A stretch of 64,000 nucleotides of DNA, taken from Chiloscyllium plagiosum. Lineage: Eukaryota. The notes below the pieces were generated by a model. That model searched no databases. It saw only the letters and a list, made by a program, of their open reading frames with translations, and was not told the DNA's origin. The position numbers were made by a program, and so were the translations under genes. Within the stretch, counting starts at the first letter, position 1. Every line of letters begins with the position of its first letter. Location of the stretch: the NCBI RefSeq assembly GCF_004010195.1, contig NC_057757.1, positions 2,318,131 through 2,382,130 on the forward strand, read 5' to 3'. Positions 1 through 13,318 of the stretch are shown one piece after another.

Positions 1-106
1 GGATGCTGCCTGACCTGCTGTGCTGTTCCAGCAATAAAGTTTCAACTTTGATCTCCAGCATCTGCAGACCTCACTTTCTCCTCTCAGCCCCCTTCCCAGC
101 CCCAAC

Positions 107-142
107 ATTCCTGATGAAGGGCTTATGCCCGAAACGTCGATT
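107..142 (+). ncRNA. Minimal hammerhead ribozyme motif (family A) in a Penelope-derived repeat
   Basis: CTGATGA(111-117)-A-GGGC/TTAT/GCCC stem II-GAAA-CG-TC; palindromic ACGT stem III. Confidence 0.65.
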
Positions 143-1129
143 CTCCTGCTCCTTGGTGGCTGCCAGACTGGCTGTGCTTCTCCAAGCACCACCCTTTTCG
201 ACGCTGATCTCCAGCATAGAACATTCCAGCGCAGTCCAAGCCCTTCGGCCCTGGATGTTGCGCCGACCTGTGGAACCAATCTGAAGCCCATCTAACCTAC
301 ACTATTCCATTCTCGACCATATGCCTATTTAATGACGACTTAAATGCCCTTAAAGTTGGCGAGTCCACTACTGATGCAGGCAGTGCGTTCCTCACCCCTA
401 CAAGTCTCCGAGTAAATCTGTGATCCTCACTTTCTCCTGCTCCCACATTCCTGAAACCACGCCGATCTACCACACTATCGTTGAAATTTTCACTGAAGTC
501 CCTTTGACTCACAATTAACAACTGCACATGACATGAAATTAACACAGACACAGTCGATAATCACGGTCACACTTACATATTTCCATAGACCGAGAGATAT
601 CCTCAGACGAGCTATAAACCCGATAGCACCGAATGTATTCATGGCCACAAGGTCGAACTGTTTTGATTAGCTGCAGCCTTAATGTGACGTAAATACATAT
701 ACAACCCACAACCAAAAATCACAGCTAAAATCAAATTATTGAGGCTGACAATAGCTGGTAGTTTGTTGACTCAGAACACCAGGAGAAAGTGAGGACTGCA
801 GATGCTGGAGATCAGAGCTGAAAAATGTGTTGTTGGAAAAGCGCAGCAGGTCAGGCAGCATCCAAGGAGCAGGAGAATCGATGTTTCGGGCATAACCCCT
901 TCTGAAGAAACGTCGATTCTCCTGCTCCTTGAATGCTGCCTGACCTTCTGCGCTTTTCCAGCAACACATTTTTGACTCAGAACAACCAGGCAGATACAAA
1001 AGATAACACAAGTGACTCATTGTGCACAAATTTCTCAGAATTGAAGGAGTTCCTAATTTCGATTTTTCTGACTCCTGCTTAGGTACACAGAGGCATAGAG
1101 AAACAGACCCTCCAAGCCAACTCATCCAT

Positions 1130-1710
1130 GCTGACCATAGAGGTGTTGGGATGTACAGCCAGCTCATTCCATACACAGATATCCTAAATTCATCTAGTCC
1201 CAGTTGCCAGCACCCGGCCCATATCCTTCCAAACCCTTCCTATTCAGACACCCATCCAGATGCCTTCTCAATGTTAAAAATCACACAACACCAGGTTATA
1301 GTCCAACAGGTTTAATTGGAAGCACCAGCTTTCGGAGTGCTGCTCCTTGATCAGGTGATTGACAACCTGATCACCTGATGAAGGAGCGTCGCTCCGAAAG
1401 CTAGTGCTTCCAATTAAACCTGTTGGACTATAACCTGGTGTTGTGTGTGATGTTTAACTTTGTACACCCCAGTCCAACACCGGCATCTCCAAACCTTTTC
1501 AATGCTGTTTTGTACCAGCCTCCACCACTTCCTCTGGCAGCTCATTCCATACACACACCATCCTCTGCGTGAAAAGGTTGCCCCTTACGTCCCTTTTATA
1601 TCTTTCCCCTCTCACCCCAAAGCTATGCCCCTCTAGTTCTGGGCTCCCCAAACAATGGGGGAAAAGACCTTGGCTATTCACCTTATCTATGCTCCTCATG
1701 ACTTGATAAG
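1130..1710 (-). mobile_element. CR1 LINE 3' fragment interrupted by a palindromic element
   Basis: FTQRMVCVWNELPEEVVEAG motif; the sequence resumes after the insertion at about 1495. Confidence 0.8.
1372..1406 (+). ncRNA. Minimal hammerhead ribozyme motif (family B) in palindromic element 1275-1495
   Basis: CAC-CTGATGA-A-GGAGC/GTC/GCTCC-GAAA-GC-TA-GTG, with stem I CAC/GTG; identical core at 24381. Confidence 0.65.
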
Positions 1711-2344
1711 CCAATTGAACTCCCAACTTTAAGCCTCGTGAGAACTACTCACTGATCATCAGCTAAGATTGTACGTGTATTTGGGATAACATTATGGCAG
1801 AGGTTAGAGTCATGGAGCCGTACAGCACGGGAGCAGATCCTTCGATCCAACTCATCCATGCTGACCCTTGCTGTTTGACACTGTCTCTACACCATACTGG
1901 ACTGCACTCCCCCCAGGAAGGCAGCTCACCCCCGCCTTCTCCGGGGCAATTAGGAACAGGGCGATAAATGCTAGACCCCACCAGTGACGTCCAAGTCCTA
2001 CAAGTGAATTAAAAAACAAACAGCGGAAGGAGTTGGCCATTCGGCCCCTCAAGCCAGCTCCGCCATTCAATGGATTGTGGCTGATCCCACACTCCTCACG
2101 TTTACCTTTCTGCCCTTTCCTGGTTTGATCAAGAATCTGTCTCAGCCTTCAAAACCCACAAGGACCCCACAGTTCTCTGTGGCAAGGACTTCCAAAGACT
2201 CACGACCCTCCGTGCGGGCCCCGCCCCCCCCACCACCCCCGAAGTTCAAATGTCATTCCCGGCGCATTTTTCAAAGTTGCTCGACCTTGTAAAAGCTGTT
2301 GTGGAATGTCAGGGATCAAGTATACATCTAACTGAGAAGAGAAT

Positions 2345-2995
2345 ATGGAACATTGAACATTCCAGCATAGTACAGGCCCTTCGGCCCTCGATGTTGCGCC
2401 GACCTGTGGAACCGATCTGAAGCCCATCTAACACACACTATTGCATTCTTGTCCATATGTTTATCCAATGACCATTTAAATGCCCTTAAAGTTGGCGAGT
2501 CTACTTCTGTTGCAGGCAGTGCGTTCCACGCCCCTTACTACTCTCTGAGTAAAGAAACTACCTCTGACGTCTGTCCTGTATCTATCACCCCTCAATTTAA
2601 AGCTATGTCCCTTTGTGCTAGCCATCACTATCCAAGGTAAAAGGCTCTCACTGTCCACCCTCTCTAACCCTCTGATTATCTTGTATGTCCCTATTAAGTC
2701 ACCTCTCAACCTTCTTCTCTCTAACGAGAACAGCCTCAAGTCCCTCAGCCTTTCCTCGTAAGACCTTCCCTCCATACCAGGCAACATCCTAGTAAATCTC
2801 CTCTGCACTCTTTCCAAAGCTTCCACACCCTTCCTATAATGCGGTGACCAGAACTGTACACAATACTCCAAGTGCGGCCGCACCAGTATTTTGTACAGCT
2901 GCAGCATGTCCTCATGGCTCCGAAACTCAATCCCTCTATTAATAAAACCTAACACACGTATACCTTCTTAACAACCCTGTCTACCTGGGTGGCAA
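2345..2995 (-). mobile_element. CR1 LINE 3' fragment
   Basis: ORF 2476-2955 LYKILVRPHLEYCVQFWSP...FFTQRVV plus CR1 3' UTR. Confidence 0.9.
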
Positions 2996-3801
2996 CCGTA
3001 AGGTCTGCACACTGGGGCCAGGGTGAGGCTTGGATGTGCTTCAGAGGTGACGGGGGAGTGAGGGACACTCTCGACACTCCAGGACAGACCAGCAATTATC
3101 CCACCCACTCAACGGACGTTTGTGTCTGTATTGACACAGAAGCTGGAAAGGGGGGGACAATGGGGGCTTGAGAGGGGAGTAATGGGCCAAACTCAAGCAA
3201 GATTAGAGTGGTGCTGGAAAAGCACAGCAGGTCAGGCAGCTTCCGAGGAGCAGGAAAATCGACGTTTCGAGCAAAAGCCCTTCATCCGGGACGGAGGCAA
3301 GTCCAGACCAATGAAACAATGCTTTCCTGTGGTATTCATTCGCTTTGCACAGGAGCCAGGTCCTCAGATCCACCTCCTATGCTGTTTATTTTTAAAAATT
3401 AATTAACAGGACATGGGTGTTCATGCCAGCCTGTCCCTAATTCCCCAAAGAGCAATTAAGAATCAATGAGATTGCAGTGTGCCTGGAGGGAATTGGAAAG
3501 TGGAAAGACTTGTGGTTCGTTTGTATGTTCCTTACGTCCCAAAGGATTTCACAGTTAATTAGTTACGTGTAAAGTGGAATCATTAACACATCAGCCAATT
3601 TGCACAGTTAAGTACGCTGTGATTAATGACCCGATAATTCATTGTCAGTGATGGTACGAGGAAGATAAATATTTTGATATGAATTCCCAGAAATATCGAT
3701 GCATAGGGGATTTTAAAAAAAAGCCACTTTGTTTCTGATCCCACTTGGCTTCATCCCATTTTCCCACCTTTGGCCTATCAGGATGTAGGAGCAGAATTAA
3801 G

Positions 3802-4747
3802 TGTCATGGACTAGATCAGACCCCCCATAAATATTCTGTATTCATAAGGCAGCCAAGAGTTTACCTCCTTCTTATACTAGAGTCAAGTACCAGGCGCTAA
3901 GTTCCAGGTGCAATTCATTTGGTCAAACTACCAGGCTTGAAACAAAAACTCATTTTAATCTGATGCTTCAGGTAAAATACAACAAAAGAAAGAAAAAATT
4001 GGAATAATTTTACTCTATTGGCAAATCCAATAGAATAATAGATAACTAAACTTCAACTGTACTAATACAGTAACATGCCATAAACACACCCTTGGCAAAG
4101 GTGAGTTCAGTAAAATAGTTTAGATTAGATTCTCTACAGTGTGGAAACAGGCCCTTCAGCCCACACCGACCCTCCAAAGAGTAACTCACCCAGACCCATT
4201 TCCCTCTGACTAATGCATCTAACAACTACGGGCAATTTAGCACGGCCAATCCACCCTAACCTGCACATCTTTGGATTGTGGGAGGAAACCAGTGCACCCG
4301 GAGGAAACCCACGCAGACACGGGGAGAATGTGCAAACTCCACACAGACAGTCATCCAAGGCTGGAATCAAACCTGGGACCCTGGCATTGTGAGGCAGCAG
4401 TGCTAACCACTGAGCCGCCGTGCCGACCCAGATTGTCACACATCCAATTCTCTAGGCAAGGAGTGAAAAAAAATCCAGAGAAATTTCTGAGAGAGGGGAG
4501 CAGGGAGAGATGTACTGCAGCTTTCAAATTCAGGTTTAAGACCCCAGAAACAGCTACTGAAAAAAACTAAAACTAAACATCCGGGTTCTGGGAGAGCTTG
4601 ACCCCACCCGTTCAGGCTGCACCTATTGTTCCAGCTTCTAAAAATCCCAAGGCCTCACAAGCTGTTTGCTTTATTGGCTCCTCTGCCTCAATCTTCTTCC
4701 CAAAAGAAATGACAAAATACAATTCTTAAGGCCATAATATTGTCACA
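3802..4747. mobile_element. Solo LTR (TG...CA) carrying an HE1 SINE insertion
   Basis: TGTCATGG...TGTCACA ends with AAG on both flanks. It splits a CR1-type tail (ggagcagaatt|gctattcgaccc) and shares motifs with 14398-15700. Confidence 0.7.
4119..4429 (-). mobile_element. HE1-type V-SINE
   Basis: tRNA-like head (gtggctcagtggttagc...ggtttgattcc), V-domain tgtgtggagtttgcacattctccc, CR1-like tail. Confidence 0.88.
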
Positions 4748-4949
4748 AAGGCTATTCGACCCATTGGATCTACTCCACCATTCGATTACCCCATGCTCCT
4801 GCCTTCTCCCTGTAACCTTTGACCCCCTTTCTCGACAACCCTGTAGCATGTGGCATTAGAGATGCAGCTCCAGAAATGAATCGCAGGTTTCTAATTCCCT
4901 GTCAGACAGTCCCCACTGCCCTCAAGTGAAAAAATATTTCCTTATCACC

Positions 4950-6452
4950 ACTGATCACTTTAAATCCATGCCCCTCATGGTCTCATAAACCTCCATAAGT
5001 CGCCCCTCAGCCTCTGACATTCTTGGACAATAGCCCAGCCTCTCCCTATAGCTCAAATCCTCTAACCCAGGCAACATCCTTGTAAACCTTTTCTGAACCC
5101 TTTCAGATTTCACAACATCCTATAGCAGAGAGACTAGAATTGTATGCAATATTCCAAAAATGGCTTATCCAATGTCCTGTACAGTCGCAACATGACCTCC
5201 CAACTCCTGTACTCAATACTTTGACCAATAAAGGAAAGCATACCAAACGCCTTCCTCACTATCCTATCTACCCACGACTTCAGTTTCAAGGAGCTATGAA
5301 CCTGCACTCCAAGGTCTCTTTGTTCAGCAACACTCCCTAGGACCTCACCATTAAGTGTATAAGTCCTGCTAAGATTTGCTTTTCCAAAATGCAGCACCTC
5401 ACATTTATCTGAATTAAACTCCATCTGCCACTTCTTAGCCCATTGGCCCATCTGATCAAGATCCCGTTGTACTCTGAGGTAACCCTCTTCGGTGTACACT
5501 ACACCTCCAATTTTGGTGTAGTGCAAACTTACTAACTGTACCTCTTATGTTCACATCTAAATCATTTACATAAATGATGAAAAGTAGAGGACCCAGCACC
5601 GATCCTTGTGGCACTCCACTGGTCACAGGCCTCCAGTCTGAAATACAATCCTCTACCACCACCCTCTGTCTTCTACCTTTGAGCCAGTTCTGTATCCAAA
5701 TGGCTAGTTCTCCCTTTATTCCGTGAGATCTAACCTTGTTAATCAGTCTCCCATGGGGAACCTTGTCAAACACCTTACTGAAGTCCATATAGATCATATC
5801 TACTGCTCTGCCCTCATCAATCTTCTTTGTTACTTCTTCAAAAAACTCAATCAAGTTTGTGAGACATGATTTCCCATGCACAAAGCCATGTTGACTATCC
5901 CTAATCAGTCCTTGCCTTTCCAAATACATGCCCCTCAGGATTCCCTCCAACAACGTGCCCACCACGGAGGTCAGGCTCACTGGTCTATAGTTCCCTGGCT
6001 TGTCCTTACCGCCCTTCTTAAACAGTGGCACCACGTTAGCCAACCTCCAGTCTTCCGGCACCTCACCTGTGACTATCGATAATACAAATACCTCAGCAAG
6101 AGGCCCAGCAATCACTTCTCTGGCTTCCCACAGAGTTATTGGGTACACCTGATCAGGTCCTGGACTTCTATTCACTTTTTAAGACATCCAGCACCTCCTC
6201 TTCTTTAATATGGACATTTTTTGAAATGTTGTTATTTATTCTCCCACATTCTTTATCTTCCATGACCTTTTCCACAGTAAATACTGATGCAAATTTGTCA
6301 TTTAGTATCTCCCTCATTTTCCACACAAAGGCCACTTTGCTGATCTTTGAGGGGCCCTATTCACTTCACAGTTACCTTTTTGTCAGCAATGCATTCGAGG
6401 AAACCCTTGAGATTCACCTTAACCCTATTTGCCAAAGTTATCTCATGTCCCC
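4950..6452 (-). mobile_element. CR1 LINE RT fragment, cut at its 5' side by the LTR
   Basis: ORFs 5456-6175 (NYRPVSLTS, DFSKVFDKVPH, GVPQGSVLGP) and 5134-5526. Confidence 0.92.
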
Positions 6453-7074
6453 TGTTGTGGACTAGGCCAGACCACTCAAAACATTCTTAAGCAGGCAATC
6501 CAGACCATACCTTTGATTTTTCTTTTGGTAAGTGTACAGTGACAATTACCCGGAGTAAGTTAGCAAGGTTGACTACCGGGTTTTAAAACAGACAAAAATT
6601 TATTCACAAAATCACACAATGAAACACAAACAGAATAGAACTTAGTCTATCCAAAATATACTTAATTATGCGGTTCTAAATACACACAACACTCCCAATA
6701 AGCAAACCCTCTTAAAGACCAGTAAAAATGGAACAGATGCTTACAGGTTGAAGTTAGAAGGATAGAAGGAGAGAAAGAGAGAGCATGTTTCAATACAGCT
6801 GGACTCCTAACTAGTTCTGGACTGAATTGCCCAGCCAGAGAGCTGACCACTCCCCTTTCATTATACAGGTCACTTCTAAAACATGACCACTTTGGCCTGA
6901 AGTCTCATCTGTTAACATATAAACAAAAGGCCTCTCAATACCATTTAATATCTGTACCAAACCAGTCTAATTTGGAACCAGGAGATGTTTACGGCCCCTC
7001 TGGAAAAAAACCAAGGACGCCGTCTCCTTGAGCCAAAGGGCAGCTTTTAGAATAAAGGGACCAGCTTTGTGACC
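6453..7074 (-). repeat. 3' LTR of the Gmr1-like element
   Basis: Starts TGTTGTGG and ends TGTGAC. Nearly identical to 12680-13318 and adjacent to a polypurine tract. Confidence 0.88.
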
Positions 7075-10000
7075 CCTCCCCCCTTTAAAAAAACCCATCA
7101 ATACCAAAAGATGGCTTCACTTTTAAAACCCTTCAAAACCCAGTGAATAGTCTAAACACACATATACACTATACTAATTATAAACATGCAAATATGCACA
7201 ACCACATGCAAATTCAGGCCACGATACATCCGAACGCCTCTTATTACATTCAAGTCTTGATAATGCATCGGCCATCACATTTTCGCAACTTGCCACATGC
7301 ACAATTGTCAAATTAAATGGTTATAACAAGCTCCATCTAAACAGTCTGGCATTTTTGACCTTAAATTTTTCCACAAATGTCAATGGGTTATGATCAGTGT
7401 ATATGATTGTCTCAGATGCATCACTGGTGATATAGACACTGAAATGTTGTCATGCCAACACCAAGCTTAAGGTCTCTTTCTCCATCATTAAATATTTCTG
7501 TTGATGAACGTTCAATTTCCTGGAAAAATACCCGATGAGTCTTTCTATTCCCTCCTCATCCCCCTGCAGGAGCACCGCACCGACACCCACATCGATAACC
7601 AACTTGAAAGGCTTTGTATGGCTAATACTGGGGCAGTGGTTAACACAGTTTTTAGGCTGTCAGGTGCCTTTTGACAGTCTGCTGTCCACTGAAACGTCTT
7701 GCTCTTTTTTAACACTTCGGTGAGTGGAACAGCCACATTGCTAAAGTTCGGCACAAACCTTCGGTAAAATCCATTCAGCCCCAGGAACCGTGGTACTGCT
7801 TTGTTCGTCAACGGTGTGGGAAATTTCCCAATTAGTTTCGTTTTTGCATCCCTTGGGGCCATTTGTCCATGTCCAATAACATGGCCCAGGAAGGCGGCTT
7901 GGGCTTTGGAAAATTCATTTTTAGCTAGGTTTACCACCAAGCTTGCCTTCCAAAGACGATCAAACACACCCGATAAACGCTGTAAATGTTCCTTCCATGA
8001 GTGACTAAAATCACCAAGTCATCAATATACACCACACAGTTGAGTAATCCAGCAATGACCTTATTAGTCAGTCTCTGAAAAGTGGCTGGAGCGTTTTTCA
8101 TACCAAATGGAATGTCTTTGAACTGATATAGTCCATTTAGTGTTATGAAAACCAAAATTGCCTTTGCTCTCTCCAACAGAGGTACTTGCCAGTAGCCTCT
8201 GAGCAAGCCCAACTTAGAAATGTAAGTTGCTTATCCCACTTTTTCGACACAGTCCTCCAACCATGGAATTGGATATGTATCAGTCTTTGTAACAGTGTTG
8301 ACTTTGCAATAGTCCACACATAACCATTGGGTACCATCTGTCTTTGGCACCATGACCATGGGTGAGCTCCACTTACCTTAACTCACTTTTGACTACGCCA
8401 TCTTGGAGCATGCGCTCTATCTCCTTCTGAAACTGTGCCAACTTTAGAGGGTTATGCTTATAAGGATGTTGCTTAATTGGAACAGTATCTCCTATATCTG
8501 CATCATGCACAGTTAGGTTAGTACTTCCCAGTTTATTTCCACATGTCTCTCCATGTAATAGTAATAACTCTTTCAGGTCATTTTGATTTTCTCGTGGAAG
8601 GTAACTCGAGAATTTATCCCAATTTTTGGTAACTTCCTCATTGTTTAATTTGATTTGAGGAATGTCCAATTCAGAATCCTCTGAGCTTGGTTCTTCCTTC
8701 GGTGCTGTAATCATTAACACCTTCTCCTCTTGCTTTCCTTCCCTATCAAAGAACCTTTTGAGCATATTCACATGACACACTGTGAGATTTCTTCCTGCCT
8801 GGAGTCCTTGTCAAGTCATTCACCTCACTCACTATGATAAGGTCCACTAAACCTGGCTTTCAAAGGTTCACCTATTACTGGAAGTAACACCAACATTTTC
8901 TCCCCAAAGGCAAAATTGCGAACTTGTGATTTCTTATCCACTTCCTGTTTCATTGTATGCTGTGATACTTTTAAACGCTGTCTAGCCAGCTCTCTAGTTC
9001 TATTTAATCGTTCTCTAAAATTTGACACATGGGTGGTCTCTGAATTCTGACTTATTAATTTCTCCTCAATCAACTTTAACAGTCCTCTTATTTCATGCCC
9101 AAACATTAATTCAAATGGGCTGAATTTGGTTGATTCATTTGGTGCCGCTCTGATCGCAAAAAGTACCATCGGAACTCCCTTATCCTAATCCCGATAATCC
9201 TGACCATAAGCACTCAACATGGTCTTTAGTATTTGATGCCATCTCTCTGGATGGTACACAGTAGATTTGAATTGCTTCATTCCCACATTATCCATAACCT
9301 CCTTGAATAGTTTGGATGTGAAGCTTGATCCTTGATCTGACTGGATCTCGATTGATAGTCCATATCTAGTAAGTAATTCTTCTCCAACCCTTTTTGCTGT
9401 GATGTTGCACAATGGGATTACCTCTGGAAATCTAGTTGATACATTCTTATTGTTAATAAATATTTATTCCCACTTTTTGTTTGAGGTAGGGAACCTACAC
9501 AATCAATCAAGACTCTTGTGAAAGGTTCCTCAAATGCTGGAATAGCTATTAAAGGTGCAGGTTTTATTACTGCCTGGGGTTTTCCCATTAGCTGACATGT
9601 ATGACACGTCTGGTAAAATTCAATTACATCCTTGTGTAGTCCAGGCCAGTAAAAATGTCTTTGTATTTGAGCCTGTGTTTTCCTCACCCCTAAAGAACTT
9701 CCAAGTGGTAGCTCATGCACCACTTGCAGCACCTCCTTTCTATACCCTACTGGCAAAACAATTTGATGAATCTCTGCCCATTTCTAATCTGCTTGAATGT
9801 GTGATGGTTTCCATTTCCTCATTAAGACATCATTTGTTAATTACACACAGGGATGCATTCACTCTCCTTTCTCTGTAAATGCCTTTTGATACAACTGTTT
9901 TAACTCCTCATCTTTCTGCTGTAATTCAATCAGCTTAGAAGAGCTAAAGATACTGGTATGTTTACCTCATTGCTCCTGCTCTGTCCCACTTACCTGATCA

Positions 10001-10419
10001 AAACAGATCTCGGATAAAGCTATGTCAACTTCCTTATCTGTGCCTTTTGATCTCTCCTGCTTCAACTTGTGCCTCTGTGATCTTGTGATCACGCAATCTG
10101 GGAAAAGTCGTGGAAAAACATCCTTCATTTCTTCAGTTGCCTGCGACTACACTGGCTTTTCAACTAGAGTAGGCAGCACGCCTACCGGTGAATCAGCGAT
10201 ATCATTTGCATTCCTGGAGCTGAGAGTGTGTCCAGTACTCCTACCACAGATTCTCCACAATTTTCTGGACTCTCTAACCTCACTTTACAGAACTGAGCAC
10301 TTTTTGTCTCACCATGAATTCCTGTTACCAGCACTTTTTCTAGCAATAGTCCCTCAGGAGTACGTATCTCCTCATCCTTCAGCATCACAGACTGAGAGGA
10401 TCCTGTGTCCCTTAATATT

Positions 10420-10744
10420 ACACAGAACATAGAACATAGAACATTACAGCGCAGTACAGGCCCTTCGGCCCTCGATGTTGCGCCGCCCTGTCATACCAAT
10501 CTGAAGCCCATCCCACCTACACTATTCCATGTACGTCCACATGCTTGTCCAATGATGACTTAAATGTACTTAAAGTTGGCAAATCTACTACCGTTGCAGG
10601 CAAAGCATTCCATACCCTTACTACTCTCTGAGTAAAGAAACTACCTCTGACATCTGTCTTATACTTCTCTCCCCTCACTTTAAAGTTGTGTCCCCTCGTG
10701 TTTGCCGTCCCCATACTTGGAAAAAGGCTCTCCCTGTCCACCCT
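10420..10744 (-). mobile_element. CR1 3' fragment inserted into the Gmr1-like element (5' end in N gap)
   Basis: FFTQRVVRVWNALP motif and (AGAACAT)n tail. Confidence 0.85.
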
Positions 10745-12003
10745 NNNNNNNNNNNNNNNNNNNNNNNNNNNNNNNNNNNNNNNNNNNNNNNNNNNNNNNN
10801 NNNNNNNTTCACTGAGATCTATCTTTCCCTTTCCACGTGAGGGTTTCTCTTTGCCCCAATTTCTATCCCTCATGGACTGAAATTGGTTCTGGAAGCCAAT
10901 CCGAGTTTTATGGACCAGCTCAGAATCATCAGCCCCTTCAGCTGCTAACCTTGTGTTTTAACTCTCTGTTCTTTCACAGAGTTCGTGCTACATCAGGCAG
11001 TGAATTTTTGAATTCCTCTAAAATAATTCCTTCTCTGAGGGCATCATAGGTTTGCTCGATTTTTAAAGCTCTTATCCATCTCTCAAAATTAGTCTGTTTG
11101 ATCCTTTTAATCCCAATATAGTTTTGACCAGGGTCCCTCCTTAGATTCCTGAAACATTGTCTATAGGCTTCTGCTACAAGCTCATCTGCACTAAAAATGG
11201 CTTTTTTCACCTCCTTATACTCCCCAGATATCTCCTCTGATAGGGATGCGAATACCTCACTAGCCCTACCTACACGATTCGTTTGGATCAACAAAAGTCA
11301 CATTGCCACTGCATTTCAAATGAGATGAAAAAGGCTTCCACATCTTTCTCATTAAATTGAGGCAATGCTTGAACATACTTAATCAGTTCCTCACTTGGCT
11401 TCTGACTACCAGGGGCTTACTCACCCTCACTCTCTTCCCCACTAAGCCTACCCTCAGCCTTAATCCCCAGCCTTTTAAGTTGCTTTATTTTTTAAGTGTC
11501 AGTTTCTGAAGTTCAAAAGCTCTCTCTTTTTCCCTCTCTTCTGCTGCTCTCTCTTTTATTCTCTGTGCTGCTGCTCTCTATTTTTCCCTCTCTTCTGCTT
11601 TTAAACGTAACTCAAACTGTTTCATTTCTGTTGCCCTTTCCTTATCTCTCGCCACTAAGTCAAGCTGCTTCATTTGCAATCGAATTCTTGCCATCTCTAT
11701 AGATTCTGATGATTTCTCCAGCAAGTTTAAATGCTGAGCTACTGCTTTAATTGTCTCTCCTTTCCTCACGGAAGTAGGCAGTTCCAATTCCAGCTGCTCT
11801 GCTAATTCCTGCAGCTTGGTCTTATTCACTTGCCGCAAAACTTCCAAAGTCACCGCATCCACTTCCACGAAACTTTTGGCGACTGAAAGAGCCAATACTA
11901 TCCCAAGATTTGGCTACCCGATCAAACCAACAGCCGAAATAAAGACACTAGGCACCTACCACCTACCACTTGCTGTTTAAAATCCCACAAAGAGCCTCCA
12001 ATC

Positions 12004-12291
12004 TGTTATGGACCAGGCCAGACCACTCAAAACACCTTAATCAGGCAGTCCCACGTCATAATTTTGCAATTTCTTTCAGTAAGTGTACAGTGAAAATTAC
12101 CCGGAGTAAGTTAGGTAGGTCAACTACCAGGTTTCAAAACAGACAAAAATTACACAATTTACTCACAAAATCACACAATGAAACATACAGAACCCCTACA
12201 GAACTCAGTCTATCCAAAATAGGCTTAATTATGCTGTTCTGAATACACACAACACTCCCAATAAGGAAACCCTCTTAAAAACAGTAAAAAT
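12004..12291 (-). repeat. Truncated 5' LTR of the Gmr1-like element
   Basis: TGTTATGGACCAGGCCAGACC start next to the PBS. Matches the first ~290 bp of the other LTR copies, then breaks off. Confidence 0.82.
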
Positions 12292-12540
12292 AGATCGGAA
12301 CCAAAGTTGAACCCTTCATCTGTAAAGGCTCCCTGCTATAGGTTCTCAGTCTAGCCAAGGTACTGAGAAAACTTAAGGATGGAAGTCCAGAGTGAATTCT
12401 GTTGGAGATTGGTTCAATAATCACTGAAACAGCCGCACTGGTATCAATCTCCATTAGAACTGGGTGACCGTTTAACCAGGTATTTATTTCGATTGTTTCT
12501 GATTTGGATGTGGCGAAGCAAGATAACTGTTCCAAACCAG
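12292..12540 (-). mobile_element. Retropepsin fragment of a different Gypsy family
   Basis: ORF 12275-12535: LNGHPVLMEIDTSAAVSVI (degenerate DTG-type motif)...LRTYSREPL. Confidence 0.7.
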
Positions 12541-12679
12541 TCAGCTCTGGGACAGTGAAGCTGAATGACTCAGTACCTATATTAGCTTGTTTGGGTTTAT
12601 TTCTTAATCTCTGGGTTCACTGACAATGTTGCCTTGGTGAAGTGGCCTACAAGGTGAGCTCTAGATATCGTGTCCCGCC

Positions 12680-13318
12680 TGTTGTGGACCAGGCCAGACC
12701 ACTCAAAACATTCTTAAGCAGGCAGGCCAGACCATACCTTTGCAATTTCTTTCAGTAAGCGTACAGTGAAAATTACCCGGAGTAAGTTAGCGAGGTTGAC
12801 TACCAGGTTTTAAAACAGACAAAAATTTATTCACAAAATTACACAATGAAACATACAGAACCCCTACAGAACTCAGTCTATCCAAAATAGACTTAATGAT
12901 GCTGTTCCGAATACACACAACACTCCCAATAAGCAAACCCCCTTAAAAACAGTAAAAATGGAACAAATGCTTACATGTTGAAGTTAGAAGGACAGAAGGA
13001 CAGAAGGAGAGAGAGAGAGAGAGAGAGAGAGCATGTTTCAATACAGCTGGACTCCTAACTAGTTCTGGACTGAACTGCTCAGCTGGAGAGCTGACCACTC
13101 CCCTTTCATTATACAGGTCACTTCTAAAACATGACCACTTTGGCCTGAAGTCTCATCTGTTAACATGTAAACAAAAGGCCTCTCAATACCATTTAATCTC
13201 TGTACCAAACCAGTCTAATCGGAGCCAGCCCGTTACGACCCCTCTGAGAAAAACCAAGGACACAGTATCTTTAAGAAAAGGAACAGCTTTTAAGAGAAAC
13301 GAGACCAGCTTTGTGACA
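12680..13318 (-). repeat. Complete LTR copy of the same Gmr1-like family (TG...CA)
   Basis: TGTTGTGG...TGTGACA, with an internal (GA)n tract; high identity to 6453-7074. Confidence 0.88.

Larger units (their letters stand above)
6453..12291 (-). mobile_element. Degenerate Gypsy LTR retrotransposon, Gmr1-like (gag/SCAN-like, protease, integrase, RT, RNase H)
   Basis: Frameshifted minus-strand ORFs: gag 11895-10810 (ELVAEAYRQCFR...LEEFKNSLP), protease ILRDTGSS near 10420, integrase 9756-8825 (FYWPG..CHTC, IDCVG, SDQGSSFTS), RT 8780-7931 (YIDD), RNase H about 7700-7250 (YTDHNPL). PPT at about 7074-7090; tRNA-Pro-like PBS at about 11979-12000. Confidence 0.9.
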
